A stretch of 64,000 nt of DNA from NCBI GenBank assembly GCA_017436645.1, contig JAFSCR010000006.1, positions 16,887 to 80,886 of the forward strand, in the 5' to 3' direction. The stretch is from Clostridia bacterium. Its GTDB lineage: Bacteria > Bacillota > Clostridia > UMGS1883 > UMGS1540. Shown here one piece after another: positions 8,550 through 19,477 of the stretch. Within the stretch, counting starts at the first letter, position 1. Every line of letters begins with the position of its first letter. The translations under genes were made by a program, and so were the position numbers. The notes under the pieces are model-generated. The model saw only the letters and a program-made list of their open reading frames with translations. It did no database searches and was not told where the DNA came from.

Positions 8550-9405
8550 GTTTAAAGAAAACGGCAAGGTGTATCACTTTGACCCGGCTGACCTTCCCTT
8601 AAAAGAAGGTATGCACGTTATCGTAGAAACGGCACGAGGTCTTGAATATGGTGAAGTGACCGCATCGCCCCGTGATATAGAGGATTCAGAACTTGTTTCG
8701 CCTCTCAAAAAGGTTGTTCGTATTGCAACGCCGCAGGATACAAAGCAGGTGGAAACAAACCGCCGGAAGGAAAAAGAGGCGTTTAATATTTGCCTTGAAA
8801 AAATTGAAAAACACGGCCTTGAAATGAAGCTTATTCATGTGGAATACTCCTTTGATGCCAATAAAATTCTCTTTTACTTTACCGCAAACGGAAGAGTTGA
8901 CTTCCGTGAGCTTGTAAAGGACCTTGCGAGTGTGTTCCGCACACGTATTGAACTTCGGCAGGTAGGCGTCAGGGATGAATCAAAAATGATGGGTGGTCTT
9001 TGTGTTTGCGGCAGACCCCTTTGCTGTTCCACCTTTTTAAGCGATTTTCATCCCGTTTCCATTAAAATGGCAAAGGAACAAGGTCTTTCATTAAACCCCA
9101 CAAAGATTTCCGGTGCTTGCGGAAGACTGATGTGCTGTCTGAAATATGAACAGGAGGCATATGAAGATTTAAATAAAATTACGCCTCCCGTAGGCTCCAT
9201 CGTAAAAACGCCCCGTGGAAACGGCACCGTTATACAGGTGGCTCTTCTTTCCGGCAAACTTCGTGTTCGCCTTGACGGTGACAATGACGGCGTGATTGCC
9301 GACTTTACCCGTGATGAGGTAAAATTTATCAAAAAGGGCAGTCGTCACAAAAGCGAAAAGCTGGATGAAAAGGAATTGGAAGAACTGAAAAAACTGGAAA
9401 ATTAA
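8527..9405 (+). CDS. ricT: PSP1-domain protein RicT/YaaT
   Basis: MVRIVGIKFKENGKVYHFDPADL...VIVETARGLEYGEV... aligns to the B. subtilis YaaT N-terminus. The ATG at 8527 was chosen over the longer ORF that starts at 8377. Confidence 0.8.
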   Translation: MVRIVGIKFKENGKVYHFDPADLPLKEGMHVIVETARGLEYGEVTASPRDIEDSELVSPLKKVVRIATPQDTKQVETNRRKEKEAFNICLEKIEKHGLEMKLIHVEYSFDANKILFYFTANGRVDFRELVKDLASVFRTRIELRQVGVRDESKMMGGLCVCGRPLCCSTFLSDFHPVSIKMAKEQGLSLNPTKISGACGRLMCCLKYEQEAYEDLNKITPPVGSIVKTPRGNGTVIQVALLSGKLRVRLDGDNDGVIADFTRDEVKFIKKGSRHKSEKLDEKELEELKKLEN

Positions 9406-9418
9406 AGGAGAACATTAT

Positions 9419-10261
9419 ATGCAAAACATTATTTTGGCCACAGACAGTGCTTGTGATGTTCCAAAGCATTTTGTGACGGAAAATGACATTGCCGTCATGC
9501 CCTATCATATCAGCTTTGGGGATGAAGACTATATAGACGGCGTTACCATTACAAGGGACGAGCTTTACAAAAAGGTGGAAGAAACAGGCACGATGCCCAA
9601 AACGGCAGCCATCCCCCCTGCTGTTTTTTCTGACTTTTTTGCTTCGCTTTTAGAAAAATGTGATGCTGTTATTTATTTATCTCTCGGTTCTAAATTTTCT
9701 TCTGCCTGCCAGAATGCTGCGATTGCCGCATCGGAATTTGAAAACGTGCATGTTGTGGACACAAACTCCCTGTCCTCCGGCGAAGGCGTTGTGCTTTTAA
9801 AGGCCATTGCGCTTCGCAAAGAAGGCATGGATGCCGCATCCATTGCGGAAAGCTTACGGGCATACAGCGAAACGGTTGATGCAAGCTTTGTACTGGATGA
9901 GCTTACATACATTCACAAAGGTGGCAGATGCTCAGGCGTTGCGGCACTTGGTGCAAACCTTCTCGGCATAAAGCCCTGCCTTGCCATCACAGATGGCAGT
10001 CTTGGCATAGAGAAGAAATACCGTGGCAAGCTGAAGGTTGTTGTTTCCAAATACATTGAGGAACGTCTTTCTGAAGTGGAAGCGGATCCGGAGGTTGTAT
10101 TTTTAACCGATGCCGGCGTGGACCCGGAAGTTCGGGAAGCGGCATACCAAAAGCTTTGCGAAATGAATATTTTTGAGAAAATTTACAAAACGGATGCAGG
10201 CTGTGTTATCTCCTCCCATTGCGGACGGGGAACGCTCGGCATTCTGTTTGCCAAAAAATAA
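9419..10261 (+). CDS. DegV-family fatty-acid-binding protein
   Basis: MQNIILATDSACDVP...VMPYHISFGDEDYIDG... shows DegV/DUF194 family motifs. Confidence 0.85.
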   Translation: MQNIILATDSACDVPKHFVTENDIAVMPYHISFGDEDYIDGVTITRDELYKKVEETGTMPKTAAIPPAVFSDFFASLLEKCDAVIYLSLGSKFSSACQNAAIAASEFENVHVVDTNSLSSGEGVVLLKAIALRKEGMDAASIAESLRAYSETVDASFVLDELTYIHKGGRCSGVAALGANLLGIKPCLAITDGSLGIEKKYRGKLKVVVSKYIEERLSEVEADPEVVFLTDAGVDPEVREAAYQKLCEMNIFEKIYKTDAGCVISSHCGRGTLGILFAKK

Positions 10262-10296
10262 TTTTTATAAAAGAAAACAGAAGGGTGGTGGGTGCA

Positions 10297-13200
10297 TTGT
10301 ATTTAAAAAGGCTTGACGTGTACGGCTTTAAATCCTTTATGGATAAGCTGAGCATTTCTTTTGACTATGCCATCACCGCCATTGTGGGCCCTAACGGCAG
10401 CGGAAAAAGTAATATTACCGATGCCATTCGCTGGGTCTTAGGTGAACAGAGCGTAAAATCGCTCCGTGGCAGCCGCATGGAAGATGTTATCTTTGCAGGT
10501 ACTGCCCTCTATAAACCCGTAAGCTTTGCTGAGGTCTCTTTAGTTCTCGACAATACTTCCGGGCTTTTTTCAAGTCCGTATTCGGAAATCACCGTAACAC
10601 GCCGTGTTTACAGAAGCGGCGAAAGTGAATACTTTTTAAATAAAACCCCCTGCCGTCTCCGTGACATTCATGAGCTTTTCATGGATACAGGTCTTGGCCG
10701 TGATGGGTATTCTATCATCGGGCAGGGGCAGATTGATTCCGTCCTTTCCCAGAAATCCGAGGACAGACGGCAGATTTTTGAAGAAGCGGCAGGTATTTCC
10801 AAATATAAATATAAAAAGAACGAGGCGGCAAGAAAGCTTGCCACCACGGAAGATAACCTTGCACGTGTAAAAGACATTCACGGGGAGCTTGCCGCACGGC
10901 TCGGTCCCTTGGCTTTTCAGGCCCGAAAAGCTCGGGAATATCTGGATTTATATGAAAAACTGAAAACACTGGAAATCAATCTTTCCATTCTGGATATTGA
11001 AAAACTGCAAAAAACAAAAGAGGATACTGCTTCCCTATATCACTCTGTTTGTGAAGAACTGGAACGGGAAGCGGCTACGCTTGAACAGATGCAGAAGGCG
11101 GAAGAAGACTTATACGGCGCCATGAAAAGCCGTGATGCGGAAATGGAATCCCTCCGCACACTTCTGCACAGCACGGACCTTTCCATCAAAGGCTGGGAAG
11201 GTGACAATGCGCTCCTTTCGCAGCGCATGGAAACAGAAAAGAATGCAGCCCTTAGTCTTGCGGCAGAAAAAGAGACGCTTTGGGCAGAAATTGAAGGTTT
11301 GCAAAATGCCGTAAAAGATGCAGAAGCGTATATTGAAGCATGCAAAGCGAAGCTTGCCGATGCGGAAAAAGCCGTGGAAACGGGGAAAGCTGACCTTGAA
11401 AAATCGGCCGAGGATATCCGCACCCAGTCGGAGGTTTCCGAAGCCCTTGCCGCCTCCGCCGCACAGCTTCTTGCACAGGCAGATGAAACGGCAAAGCACC
11501 TTGCATCTCTTTCCGATTATGATTTGAATGCGCGAATCCGTGAAGTCAGCGAAGAAATTGCGCTTTGCGAAAAACGGATGGCAGAAAACGAAAAAGACGC
11601 CGCAAATCTTAAAAAAGAAGTCGAAACGCTTTCTGCAGAAATGAAAGAAACGGAAGAAAAATTCCGCACGCTGCAGGAGGGTAGGCCCAAACTGCAAGCG
11701 GCACTTTCTGAAGATAAAAATAATTTTAATGCGCTTTTGCGAGACTATAACCAGCGTCTTTCAAAGAAAAACGCCCTCGCCGACATGGAGCAGAACATGG
11801 AAGGCTACGGGAAGGGTGTTCGTGCCGTTATAAATGCAAATCTTCCGGCTGACATTCATGGGGTTTTATCTCAGCTTATTACCGCCAAGGCGCCCTTTGT
11901 TACCGCCATTGAAACAGCACTCGGTGCGGCGCTGCAGAACATTGTGGTAGGCAGCGAAGAAGATGCCAAAGTGGCCATTTCATTTTTGAAACAACATCGG
12001 GAAGGACGGGCAACCTTCCTCCCCATTTCCGCTATCCGTGGCACAAGATTGCAACTGGAACAAAAGGTTTCCGCCTGTCCCGGCTTTATTGGTCTTGGGT
12101 GTGACCTTGTATCTTGTGACGGAAAGTATAAAGACATTATCCTCCATCTTCTCGGACAGACGGTGGTTATGGATACAATCGATAACGCTATTATAGCCGC
12201 ACGGAAGTTTTCCCACAGCTTTAAAATTGTTACAAAGGACGGTGAAGTCCTCATGCGGGGCGGCTCCATGGCAGGTGGCAGCCGTGCACAAAGTAACAGC
12301 CTTCTGGGAAGAAGTGATGTTATCTCTTCGCTTGAAAAAGAATGTGAAGCACTCTCAGCCAAAATGGACAAGCTGGAAGAGGAAATTGACGATAAAACAG
12401 ACCGCCTCAAAGATATGGCAGACGAGCTGGAATCCCTGCGAAACACCCACATGCAAAAGAAATCTGCTCTTTTAGAACGGCAAGGAAATATCCAGCTGAA
12501 AATAACAGAGCGAGAAAACGAAGAAAAGCATCTTTTAAGGCTCCAAAATGATTTGGAAAGCGCCCATGCACAGCTTGAAAATGCAGATAAAGAGCATATG
12601 CGTCTGAAAAAATTGGAGGCAGACCTTCGCCGCCGACACGGGGAGGCTTTGCAAAAGGCAGAAGAAGCCCGCACGCTTTTGCACACTTATATGGAAAACC
12701 AGAGCCACCGCCGTGATGACCTTGCTGCTCTGCAGGTACAGGTAAACTCCAAAGAAAAGGATCTGGAAGCGGCAAAGCTTAAAAAAGAACAGACGCTCCT
12801 GTCCATCCGCAAGCTGGAGCTTGAAACAGAAAACCGTGATGCAAGACGTATGCAGGCGCTGCAGAATGCAGAGGACCTTCTTCTCCGCCAAAAAAACCGC
12901 CTTATTGATATTGAAGAGGCGAAAAAAAGAGCAGAAGAATTTAAGGCTGCACTGACAAAAATGGGAGAAGAAAAAACGTCTGCCGATGCTGCTGCCTCTA
13001 AAATGCGAACGGACATACAGTCCCAAAACGAAAAGCTGTACGCCCTGCAGGGTGAAAAGGAACGGCTCTCTGCCCGGCTTGAAAAAGCACAGGACGAGCT
13101 GGAGGCCACCGTTTCCCACCTCTGGGATGCATATGAACTTACCTATTCCGCCGCCGTAGAATTTCAGACAGATATCGGGCCGATTACTGCCGCAAAGGAT

Positions 13201-13857
13201 GAGGCGGCAAAGCTTCGCCGAAGCATTCGTGCGCTCGGCAGCGTAAATGTAGACGCCGTGACGGAATATGCGGAAGTAAAAGAACGATACGAATTTTTAT
13301 CAAAGCAAATTGAAGACCTTGAAAAGGCCATTTCCGAACTGCAGAAAATCATTCAGGATATGACGAAGGTTATGACGGAAACGTTTGCCGCACGCTTTCA
13401 TGAAATTGCAGAGCATTTTAAGGACACGTTCCGTGCACTGTTTGGCGGCGGCACAGGAAAATTAACACTTTCCGACCCCGACAATATTCTGGAAAGCGGC
13501 ATTGAGATAGATGTGCAGCCACCCGGAAAAAAACTGCAGAGCCTTTCTCTTTTATCCGGTGGCGAAAAGGCGCTTACTGCCATTGCCATTCTTTTCTCTG
13601 TTTTAAAAGTGCGGCCGGCACCGTTTTGTATCTTAGACGAAATTGAATCCGCACTTGACGACCACAACATTGACCGTTTCGCCTCCTACCTTCGTGAATA
13701 TGATGACACCCAGTTTATTATTGTTACCCACCGCCGAGGCACGATGGAGGCGGCAGACGTTCTCTACGGGGTAACCATGCAGGAAAAAGGCGTCTCGAAG
13801 CTTCTGACTATGCAGCTCGATGACATTCGAAGTGAGTATAAAGGTGATGCAGTGTGA
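10297..13857 (+). CDS. smc: chromosome segregation ATPase SMC
   Basis: N-terminal head [13 protein letters not shown]...[10 protein letters not shown] (Walker A), long coiled coils, hinge, and a C-terminal LSGGEK...[10 protein letters not shown] signature with Walker B. A TTG start at 10297 with a GAAGGGTGG RBS was chosen over the longer ORF from 10219. Confidence 0.9.
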   Translation: MYLKRLDVYGFKSFMDKLSISFDYAITAIVGPNGSGKSNITDAIRWVLGEQSVKSLRGSRMEDVIFAGTALYKPVSFAEVSLVLDNTSGLFSSPYSEITVTRRVYRSGESEYFLNKTPCRLRDIHELFMDTGLGRDGYSIIGQGQIDSVLSQKSEDRRQIFEEAAGISKYKYKKNEAARKLATTEDNLARVKDIHGELAARLGPLAFQARKAREYLDLYEKLKTLEINLSILDIEKLQKTKEDTASLYHSVCEELEREAATLEQMQKAEEDLYGAMKSRDAEMESLRTLLHSTDLSIKGWEGDNALLSQRMETEKNAALSLAAEKETLWAEIEGLQNAVKDAEAYIEACKAKLADAEKAVETGKADLEKSAEDIRTQSEVSEALAASAAQLLAQADETAKHLASLSDYDLNARIREVSEEIALCEKRMAENEKDAANLKKEVETLSAEMKETEEKFRTLQEGRPKLQAALSEDKNNFNALLRDYNQRLSKKNALADMEQNMEGYGKGVRAVINANLPADIHGVLSQLITAKAPFVTAIETALGAALQNIVVGSEEDAKVAISFLKQHREGRATFLPISAIRGTRLQLEQKVSACPGFIGLGCDLVSCDGKYKDIILHLLGQTVVMDTIDNAIIAARKFSHSFKIVTKDGEVLMRGGSMAGGSRAQSNSLLGRSDVISSLEKECEALSAKMDKLEEEIDDKTDRLKDMADELESLRNTHMQKKSALLERQGNIQLKITERENEEKHLLRLQNDLESAHAQLENADKEHMRLKKLEADLRRRHGEALQKAEEARTLLHTYMENQSHRRDDLAALQVQVNSKEKDLEAAKLKKEQTLLSIRKLELETENRDARRMQALQNAEDLLLRQKNRLIDIEEAKKRAEEFKAALTKMGEEKTSADAAASKMRTDIQSQNEKLYALQGEKERLSARLEKAQDELEATVSHLWDAYELTYSAAVEFQTDIGPITAAKDEAAKLRRSIRALGSVNVDAVTEYAEVKERYEFLSKQIEDLEKAISELQKIIQDMTKVMTETFAARFHEIAEHFKDTFRALFGGGTGKLTLSDPDNILESGIEIDVQPPGKKLQSLSLLSGGEKALTAIAILFSVLKVRPAPFCILDEIESALDDHNIDRFASYLREYDDTQFIIVTHRRGTMEAADVLYGVTMQEKGVSKLLTMQLDDIRSEYKGDAV

Positions 13858-15026
13858 CCCTTATAGAATTTTATGATTCCACCGCCATACATAACGTCCT
13901 CTCTGCCCTTCTTCTTGCGCCCGCACGCCTCATTCTTGTCGGTGCGGATGAAGAAGATCTCAGAAAGGATGCCGGGCGCATTAGCCGTCTTTTAAAGGCG
14001 AGGGGCATGGAAACAGACATAGAAACATTTTGTCTTTCGGACAAAACGTATGATGGAATATATAAAGCTGTGGAAAAAATCGTCATGAAGCATAGCGACT
14101 GTGTAATGGAGCTTGTAGGCGGCGATGCGCTTATTATGACAGTTCTCGGCGCCATAAGTGAAAAATACGGCATTCCCATGCACACGGCCGACCCTACTAC
14201 CATGTCTATTTCCCCGTTTACGAAAAAAGAGGTTTATCCACCCATTTCTCCTGTTTCTCTGTCCGTGAATGAATTAATTTCACTATACGGGGGCCTCATT
14301 ACGCAAAGCACGGCACCCCCAATCTCCAACAAACCATTTTGGCAGGATGTGCTCTCCGTATGGGCGGTTTGCCGAAAAAACAGCGGTGATTTTAATTCTG
14401 CCGTTTCCGCTTTTCATTCTCTGTGTCCGCCGGAGTCTATACACCCTTATCTTTCTGTGCAAAAACTAACCGGCAGTCTTTCACCGCAAAAAGCGGAAAA
14501 GGTTCTGGCGCTCTTGGAAGGGCTAAATGAAAACGGCGCTATTTTGGCGTTTAAGAAAACGAAAAAGGATATTTCGTTCCGCTATAAAAGCCGTGCCGTA
14601 CAGGAGGCGCTGCATAAAGAAGGCTCGGTACTGGAATTTTACACCTACTTTGCCGCTCTTTCCGATTTCGGGCAAGGCAGTGCTTTCAGCGATGGGAAAA
14701 TCGGTGTCGAAATCGAATGGGATGATGCCAAGGATAATCTTAAAAACGAAATAGACGTCATGCTCATGGACGGCATTACGCCCATTTTCATATCCTGCAA
14801 AAACGGGTATGTGGGAACGGAAGAATTATATAAGCTTTCGGTTGTTGCCGACCGTTTCGGCGGCCCGTATGCCAAAAAGGCGATTGTTATGACGAAGCAG
14901 AAGGCTGATATTTCTTTTCTTGCAAGAGCAAGGGAGCTTGGCATCTCTGTAATATCCGATGTGCAGGAAATGCCGCTTGCAGGATTTTCCAAATATTTAA
15001 AACGAACATTAAAAAATAAGACGTAA
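13854..15026 (+). CDS. CARF-like Rossmann N-domain fused to a restriction-endonuclease-like C-domain (DUF1887/Card1-like candidate)
   Basis: The 390 aa product has a GTG start that overlaps the smc stop codon. The N-terminal half has a Rossmann-like order (ARLILVG ... VMELVGGDALIM, a GG loop after the core strand as in CARF domains). The C-terminal region has a D...D-x9-SCK arrangement (IDVMLMDGITPIFISCK) resembling a PD-(D/E)xK core. The family assignment is inferred, not certain. Confidence 0.45.
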   Translation: MTLIEFYDSTAIHNVLSALLLAPARLILVGADEEDLRKDAGRISRLLKARGMETDIETFCLSDKTYDGIYKAVEKIVMKHSDCVMELVGGDALIMTVLGAISEKYGIPMHTADPTTMSISPFTKKEVYPPISPVSLSVNELISLYGGLITQSTAPPISNKPFWQDVLSVWAVCRKNSGDFNSAVSAFHSLCPPESIHPYLSVQKLTGSLSPQKAEKVLALLEGLNENGAILAFKKTKKDISFRYKSRAVQEALHKEGSVLEFYTYFAALSDFGQGSAFSDGKIGVEIEWDDAKDNLKNEIDVMLMDGITPIFISCKNGYVGTEELYKLSVVADRFGGPYAKKAIVMTKQKADISFLARARELGISVISDVQEMPLAGFSKYLKRTLKNKT

Positions 15027-15046
15027 TCGAAGATTACGTCTTATTT

Positions 15047-15853
15047 TTATTTATCGAGCACGAAATGAATCATGGTAAGAACGTCGAACCATTTGTCCGC
15101 CGTGTATTTTAAAGTATAGGAATCCGTTTGTCTGATGCCCGGATAGAAACTGTTAAAATAAGCATCCCCCGTTTTGTGGAACCGAATCAAAACCTCAAAA
15201 GAAGCGGGCAAAGGTAGGATGCAGGAGCGCCAGTCTCCGCAAAGGGCCTCTGCTGCGGCTTTTTCAAGCTCTTCGCAAACAACATCCGGATGGGGGGATA
15301 TGGAGCCGAGACCATAGCCTTTTACGGCTTCAACGGTTGTAATTCCGGGAATAAGTGACTTTGCAAATTTGCATATGCCTTCGTCGCCGCTTACAAAAGG
15401 AACGGGAATGCCGAGGCTTGATGCTGAATAAACGTTAAATAAAAATTCACTGAGTCTATCGCCATTTAAGAAAATTTCTGCCGTATTATGGTTAAACGTG
15501 TGGCTTACGGGGCTTTCAGCACTCCCTGCACCCACATGAAAACCCGTCATAAAAACAGCATCATACTTTTCTTCCTGAATGCCGGAGAGCATAGCATAAG
15601 GGTCCCCGCCCGACAGGCGCATAAGCTTAACTTCCTTCGGCAAAAGCGAAGGCTCTAAATTTCTGGCACAGCCGTGGGCATCATGCACTAAAATATCCTC
15701 TGCCCCGCCCTCCAGGGCTCCGCGACATACCGCCGATACCTCTTTTGACATTTCTTTCTGAAAATAGGGATAAAGGTATGTGCCCTGCTTCCCTTCTTCA
15801 TGAGAAACATACCCTGCACACCCTTCAATATCCGCCGCAAGATAAATGCGCAT
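15047..15853 (-). CDS. M55-family D-aminopeptidase (DppA-like)
   Basis: MRIYLAADIEGCAGYVSHEE...VLVHDAHG... matches the DppA/M55 N-terminal signature (MKIYISADIEG..). Confidence 0.8.
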   Translation of the reverse strand: MRIYLAADIEGCAGYVSHEEGKQGTYLYPYFQKEMSKEVSAVCRGALEGGAEDILVHDAHGCARNLEPSLLPKEVKLMRLSGGDPYAMLSGIQEEKYDAVFMTGFHVGAGSAESPVSHTFNHNTAEIFLNGDRLSEFLFNVYSASSLGIPVPFVSGDEGICKFAKSLIPGITTVEAVKGYGLGSISPHPDVVCEELEKAAAEALCGDWRSCILPLPASFEVLIRFHKTGDAYFNSFYPGIRQTDSYTLKYTADKWFDVLTMIHFVLDK

Positions 15854-15986
15854 CTTTTCCCCTCCGGAATTTTTTCTTCATTATACTGCATTTTAAAAAG
15901 AAATGCAAGTTTTTTCAAAAAAACGGCACCTTCTTTTTTATTCAGAATACTATGGTAGGGAAAATATATATAAAGGAGAACCCCAC

Positions 15987-16841
15987 ATGGCAACTTTTTC
16001 AAATCAGGCCACGCTTACGTATCTTGACACGGAAACGACTTCCAATATTGTAACAGGAGAGCTTTTAGATGTTTTATCCATAACCAAAACCGCCCTTTCC
16101 GACACGTACCGCGCAGGCGGAAAAGTAACCTTCATCATAAGCGTTGTAAACACCGGTGCCACCCCCTTTGGTGCCCTGTGCATAGCAGACAACCTGGGCG
16201 CTTACACTTTTGAGGGCAGCACCCTCGTTCCCCTTTCTTATGCCGGAGATTCTTTGCGCCTTTATGTAAACGGCATTTTAAATCCCTCCCCTACAGTATC
16301 CGCCGATTCCGGTCTTGTGGTCTCTGACCTTTCTATCCCTGCAAACGGCAATATTCTGCTGATTTATGACACGCTTGTTAACGCCTTTGCACCGCTTGAA
16401 GCGGGCAGCACCATTACCAATACAGTTCGCTTTTCAGGCTGCGGCGTTGGAGCGCCCCTGACGGCTTCCGAAACGATTACCGTAGAACGTGGTGCTTTTC
16501 TGACGATAAGCAAGAGTCTATTCCCCCTGTCCGTTTCAGAAAACGACCGTCTGACCTACACATTTGTCATTCAGAACACGGGAAATGCGGATGCGGTAGC
16601 CACCGATAACGTGGTCATCACCGATACCTTCGACCCCATGTTATCCGATATTACCGTCACCTATAACGGCGTGACATGGTCTTCGCCCGATGATTACACC
16701 TACAACCCCCTTACAGGTTTTTTCTCCACAGCTGAAGGGCAAATCACTGTTCCTGCAGCCGCCTATACGCGGGATATGGAAACAGGACGATTGATTATGA
16801 CACCCGGTGTTGCCGTGGTGCAGGTGACGGGCACAATATAA
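15987..16841 (+). CDS. DUF11 (conserved repeat domain) protein with two repeats and no signal peptide
   Basis: There are two repeats, I(T/S)K(T/S)...TY.F.I.N(T)G...A....V.I.DT. The N-terminus MATFSNQATLTYLDTETTS lacks a hydrophobic signal peptide. The ATG at 15987 has an AAAGGAG RBS. Confidence 0.6.
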   Translation: MATFSNQATLTYLDTETTSNIVTGELLDVLSITKTALSDTYRAGGKVTFIISVVNTGATPFGALCIADNLGAYTFEGSTLVPLSYAGDSLRLYVNGILNPSPTVSADSGLVVSDLSIPANGNILLIYDTLVNAFAPLEAGSTITNTVRFSGCGVGAPLTASETITVERGAFLTISKSLFPLSVSENDRLTYTFVIQNTGNADAVATDNVVITDTFDPMLSDITVTYNGVTWSSPDDYTYNPLTGFFSTAEGQITVPAAAYTRDMETGRLIMTPGVAVVQVTGTI

Positions 16842-16866
16842 AAAGGGCCATTGGCCCTTTTTATTT
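16842..16866. terminator. bidirectional intrinsic terminator (gggcc / ggccc stem flanked by A and T runs)
   Basis: aaaagggccattggccctttttatt lies between the convergent DUF11 gene and ftsH. Confidence 0.5.
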
Positions 16867-18675
16867 ATACAGTATTTCCATAAACGCCTCGCCCGTAATC
16901 GTTTCATTTTCATACAGAAACTTGGCAATTTCATCCAGCTTTCCTTTATTGTTTCTTAAAAGTTCCAACGCCTTTTGGTAGCTGGCTTCAATAAGGCGTG
17001 TCACCGCAGCGTCTATTTTCGTCTGGGTTTCGGGGGAACAGGAAAGGCTCGAATCTCCGCCGAGATACTGATTTGTGACGTGCTCCATGCAGACCATGCC
17101 GAATTCCTCGCTCATACCAAAGCGGCAAACCATGGCCCTTGCAAGCTTTGTTGCTTCCTCAATATCATTTGAAGCCCCTGTTGTAATGGAATCGAACACA
17201 ATTTCTTCCGCCGCCCTCCCTGCGACAAAGGTGACAATTTTATTTTCCAGTTCTTCTTTGGAGAGAAGATAGTGCTCGCCTTCCTCCACCTGCATGGTAT
17301 ACCCGAGAGCACCGCTCGTTCTCGGAATAATGGTGATTTTCTGCACAGGTGCAGAGTTTGTTTGCAGTGCTGCCGCCAGAGCGTGCCCCACCTCATGATA
17401 CGCCACAATCAGCTTTTCTTTATTCGATAAAATGGCGTTCTTTTTCCGGTATCCTGCGATAACTACTTCTATGCTCTCTTCCATATCGGCCTGACAAACT
17501 TGCCGGCGGTTTTCACGAACAGCACGAAGTGCCGCTTCATTGACCACATTCGCAAGTTCTGCACCCGATGCGCCCGAGGCCATTCTTGCCACAGCGCCAT
17601 AATCAATTTCAGGGCTTGCCTTCACTTTCTTGGCGTGCACCTTTAAAATTTCTTCTCTGCCCTTTAAATCAGGAAGCTCCACGGGCACACGGCGGTCAAA
17701 TCTGCCGGGACGGAGAAGGGCAGGGTCGAGGGATTCAGGACGGTTGGTTGCCGCCAGAATCATAACGCCCGTGTTCCCTTCAAAACCATCCATTTCCGTA
17801 AGGAGCTGGTTGAGCGTCTGCTCCCTTTCGTCATTGCCGCCAAAGTGACCGTCACGTTTTTTGCCGATGGCATCAATTTCGTCGATAAACACAATACACG
17901 GCGCTTTTTCCTTTGCCTGTTTAAACAGGTCTCTTACCTTTGAGGCACCCATGCCGACGAACATTTCCACAAACTCCGAGCCGGAAATGGAGAAAAACGG
18001 TACATTTGCCTCACCGGCTACCGCTTTTGCAAGCATGGTTTTCCCTGTACCCGGCGGGCCGACAAGAAGAACACCCTTCGGCATAGATGCGCCGATGGTT
18101 TCATATTTTTTCGGGTTGTGCAAATAATCCACAATCTCTTTGAGCGTCTCTTTGGCTTCATCCTCCCCTGCAACATCGGAAAACTTTATTCCCGAGGAGG
18201 ATTTTACATAAATTTTAGCATTGGACTTGCCCATGCCGAACATCATGGCATCCGGTCCGCCGCCCATTTTTTTCATCATCTTTTTGGACAAAAACTGTCC
18301 CACGCCCACAAACAACGCAATGGGGATTACCCAAGATAGAAGCAAACTTAAAAAGGGGGATGCTTCTTTTACGATTTCCGCGCCGAACCTTGCACCGGAC
18401 TGATGAAGTCTGTCCACCATACCGGCATCCTCTATTCTACCGGTTTTGAAGGCGTTCTTTTCGCTCTTATCGGTAAACACGATTTGATTATCTTCAATCT
18501 GCACCACGCCGATATTCTTTTCTTCCGTCATTGTGATAAAGGTGCCGTAATCCACCTCTTTAATTCTGCCGCCAAAAAGCCGTGGCGTTACGAGCATATT
18601 AAAAACAAGCAAGACTGCAATCACAATGGCATAATAGAAAAGCAGCGGTTTTTTCGGGGTTTTTACTTCGTTCAT
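16861..18675 (-). CDS. ftsH: ATP-dependent zinc metalloprotease FtsH
   Basis: [23 protein letters not shown] (AAA Walker A), the SRH region, and HEVGHAL (HExxH zinc site). Confidence 0.95.
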   Translation of the reverse strand: MNEVKTPKKPLLFYYAIVIAVLLVFNMLVTPRLFGGRIKEVDYGTFITMTEEKNIGVVQIEDNQIVFTDKSEKNAFKTGRIEDAGMVDRLHQSGARFGAEIVKEASPFLSLLLSWVIPIALFVGVGQFLSKKMMKKMGGGPDAMMFGMGKSNAKIYVKSSSGIKFSDVAGEDEAKETLKEIVDYLHNPKKYETIGASMPKGVLLVGPPGTGKTMLAKAVAGEANVPFFSISGSEFVEMFVGMGASKVRDLFKQAKEKAPCIVFIDEIDAIGKKRDGHFGGNDEREQTLNQLLTEMDGFEGNTGVMILAATNRPESLDPALLRPGRFDRRVPVELPDLKGREEILKVHAKKVKASPEIDYGAVARMASGASGAELANVVNEAALRAVRENRRQVCQADMEESIEVVIAGYRKKNAILSNKEKLIVAYHEVGHALAAALQTNSAPVQKITIIPRTSGALGYTMQVEEGEHYLLSKEELENKIVTFVAGRAAEEIVFDSITTGASNDIEEATKLARAMVCRFGMSEEFGMVCMEHVTNQYLGGDSSLSCSPETQTKIDAAVTRLIEASYQKALELLRNNKGKLDEIAKFLYENETITGEAFMEILYK

Positions 18676-18760
18676 TTTTCTCTCCTTTGTATGGGTTTTC
18701 TATCAGTATACAGTTACTTTTGGACTCCGCAATGAACAAAATATGAACTTTCCGTAAACT

Positions 18761-19459
18761 TTATCCCATCTGGGCAAACTCTTTTTGCAGTCTTTGAATA
18801 ATCCTTTTTTCAAGGCGGGAAATGTAGGACTGGCTGATGCCGAGCATGTCCGCCACTTCTTTTTGTGTTTTTTCCGGAATGCCGCCAAGACCGAACCGAA
18901 GATGCATAATGGTTCTCTCTCGGTCCGAAAGGTGGGATAGTGCTTTGGAAAGCATTTCCCGTTCCGCCTCATCCTCTAAATGTCTGTGAACAAGGTCTGT
19001 ATCGGTGCCTAAGATGTCTGAAAGGAGCAGCTCGTTGCCGTCCCAGTCCACATTTAAAGGCTCATCAATGGACACTTCCGTTCTTCTTGCCGCATTTTTC
19101 CTTAGATGCATGAGTATTTCGTTTTCAATGCATCGGGAGGCGTAGGTGGCAAGTTTAATATTTTTCTCCGGTTGAAAGGTGTTTACGGCTTTAATAAGAC
19201 CAATGGTGCCGATGGATATTAAATCCTCTACGCCCACGGACGTATTATCAAACTTTCTTGCAATATAAACAACAAGGCGCAGATTATGCTCAATCAGTTC
19301 CTGCCTTGCCGTCCCGTCTTCCTTTGCAAGCCGCTTTAATAGCGCCGTTTCCTCTTCAGGCGAAAGCGCCTTGGGAAGTACCTCCGCCCCACCGATATAA
19401 TGGACTTCTCTTCCGCAAATGCGCATAAAAACAGCACGTAAAAACTCCTGCAAATTCAT
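18761..19459 (-). CDS. sigE: sporulation sigma factor, pro-sigma-E
   Basis: A pro-sequence followed by [17 protein letters not shown], as in B. subtilis pro-sigma-E (YYIGGSEALPPPLSKDEE). Sigma-70 regions 2 to 4 are present. The gene lies directly downstream of spoIIGA. Confidence 0.85.
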   Translation of the reverse strand: MNLQEFLRAVFMRICGREVHYIGGAEVLPKALSPEEETALLKRLAKEDGTARQELIEHNLRLVVYIARKFDNTSVGVEDLISIGTIGLIKAVNTFQPEKNIKLATYASRCIENEILMHLRKNAARRTEVSIDEPLNVDWDGNELLLSDILGTDTDLVHRHLEDEAEREMLSKALSHLSDRERTIMHLRFGLGGIPEKTQKEVADMLGISQSYISRLEKRIIQRLQKEFAQMG

Positions 19460-19477
19460 GGTTTTTCCCTTCCTTTT

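Noticed and set aside
10219-10296. A longer smc start at 10219 (MRTGNARHSV...).
   Set aside because: It would overlap degV by 43 nt and add a non-conserved leader. SMC proteins begin at (M)YLKRL, and the TTG at 10297 has a good RBS.
10636-13670. Numerous 60-270 aa ORFs on both strands within smc (for example 11871-12686 on the minus strand).
   Set aside because: They all overlap the 1.2 k-aa SMC reading frame, which has unambiguous Walker A, signature and Walker B motifs. They are low-complexity Ser/Ala/Arg-rich artefacts of a coiled-coil coding region.
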